From NCBI GenBank assembly GCA_038217285.1, contig JBBQPO010000339.1, positions 1 through 5,587 on the forward strand: a DNA stretch of 5,587 nt, read 5' to 3'. This DNA comes from Chthonomonadales bacterium (GTDB lineage Bacteria > Armatimonadota > Chthonomonadetes > Chthonomonadales > Chthonomonadaceae). Below, piece after piece: positions 5,159 through 5,587 of this stretch. The notes under the pieces are model-generated. The model did not search any database and was not told where the DNA came from. It was given only the letters and a program-made list of their open reading frames with translations. Position 1 is the stretch's first letter; the number at the start of each line of letters is the position of its first letter. The position numbers and the translations under genes are program-made.

Positions 5159-5587
5159 TTACGCCTCCCGCCGCACACGCGGGTCTACCACGCCGTACAG
5201 AATATCTACCACGAGATTGACCACCAGAAAGACGACGGCGACGAGCAGCGCCATCCCCTGGATGACGGCGTAGTCGCGCTTGGTGATGCTGTCGATAGAG
5301 GTGTAGCCGATGCCCGGGATCTGAAAGATCGTCTCGATGACGAAGGATCCGGTCAGCAGATAGCCGAAGTTGGTGCCTACGATCGTCAGCACCGGCAGCG
5401 CCGCATTCTTCAGCGCATGTCGCCAGACGGCCTGACTGCGTGAGAGCCCCTTCGCTATCGCTGTGCGCAGATAGTCCTGCCTGAGCACTTCCAGCAGCGA
5501 GGCCCGCATGAACCGGGCCATGAGCGCGGCGGAACGCGAACCGAGCGCGATCGTCGGCAGAATCAGATATTTGGGATTGACCACGGT
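5159..5587 (-). CDS. oppB: Oligopeptide/dipeptide ABC transporter permease (OppB/DppB family), C-terminal part; start lies beyond the right edge
   Basis: LILPTIALG...ARFMRASLLEVLRQDYLRTAIAKGL...RHALKNA, GSFVIETIFQIPGIG, RDY.VIQG, NLVVDILYGVVDPR. The frame is open to the window edge. Confidence 0.96.
   Translation of the reverse strand, partial: TVVNPKYLILPTIALGSRSAALMARFMRASLLEVLRQDYLRTAIAKGLSRSQAVWRHALKNAALPVLTIVGTNFGYLLTGSFVIETIFQIPGIGYTSIDSITKRDYAVIQGMALLVAVVFLVVNLVVDILYGVVDPRVRREA

Noticed and set aside
4338..5273. 311-aa plus-strand ORF and nested short ORFs
   Set aside because: Antisense shadows of the GC-rich oppC/oppB genes.

Overview
Bacterial chromosomal window holding a partly decayed hypoxia/dormancy-type gene island next to a peptide ABC transporter operon. 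Left to right: the 5' end of a PAS-domain sensor gene (minus strand, missing from the ORF track); a 3' remnant of a BON-domain gene; a divergent intergenic region; two tandem-domain universal stress protein (USP) genes; an Acg-family FMN-binding nitroreductase-like gene; a truncated third USP joined tail-to-tail to a truncated HD-phosphohydrolase gene; and oppC/oppB-type permeases on the minus strand. The most notable signal is an 18-bp palindrome, ATCCGCCA-NN-TGGCGGAT, found four times. In three cases it lies exactly 21 bp upstream of a TAnnnT -10 box, which suggests a DosR-analogous regulon with an operator I do not recognise. At least four apparent deletions suggest the island is eroding.
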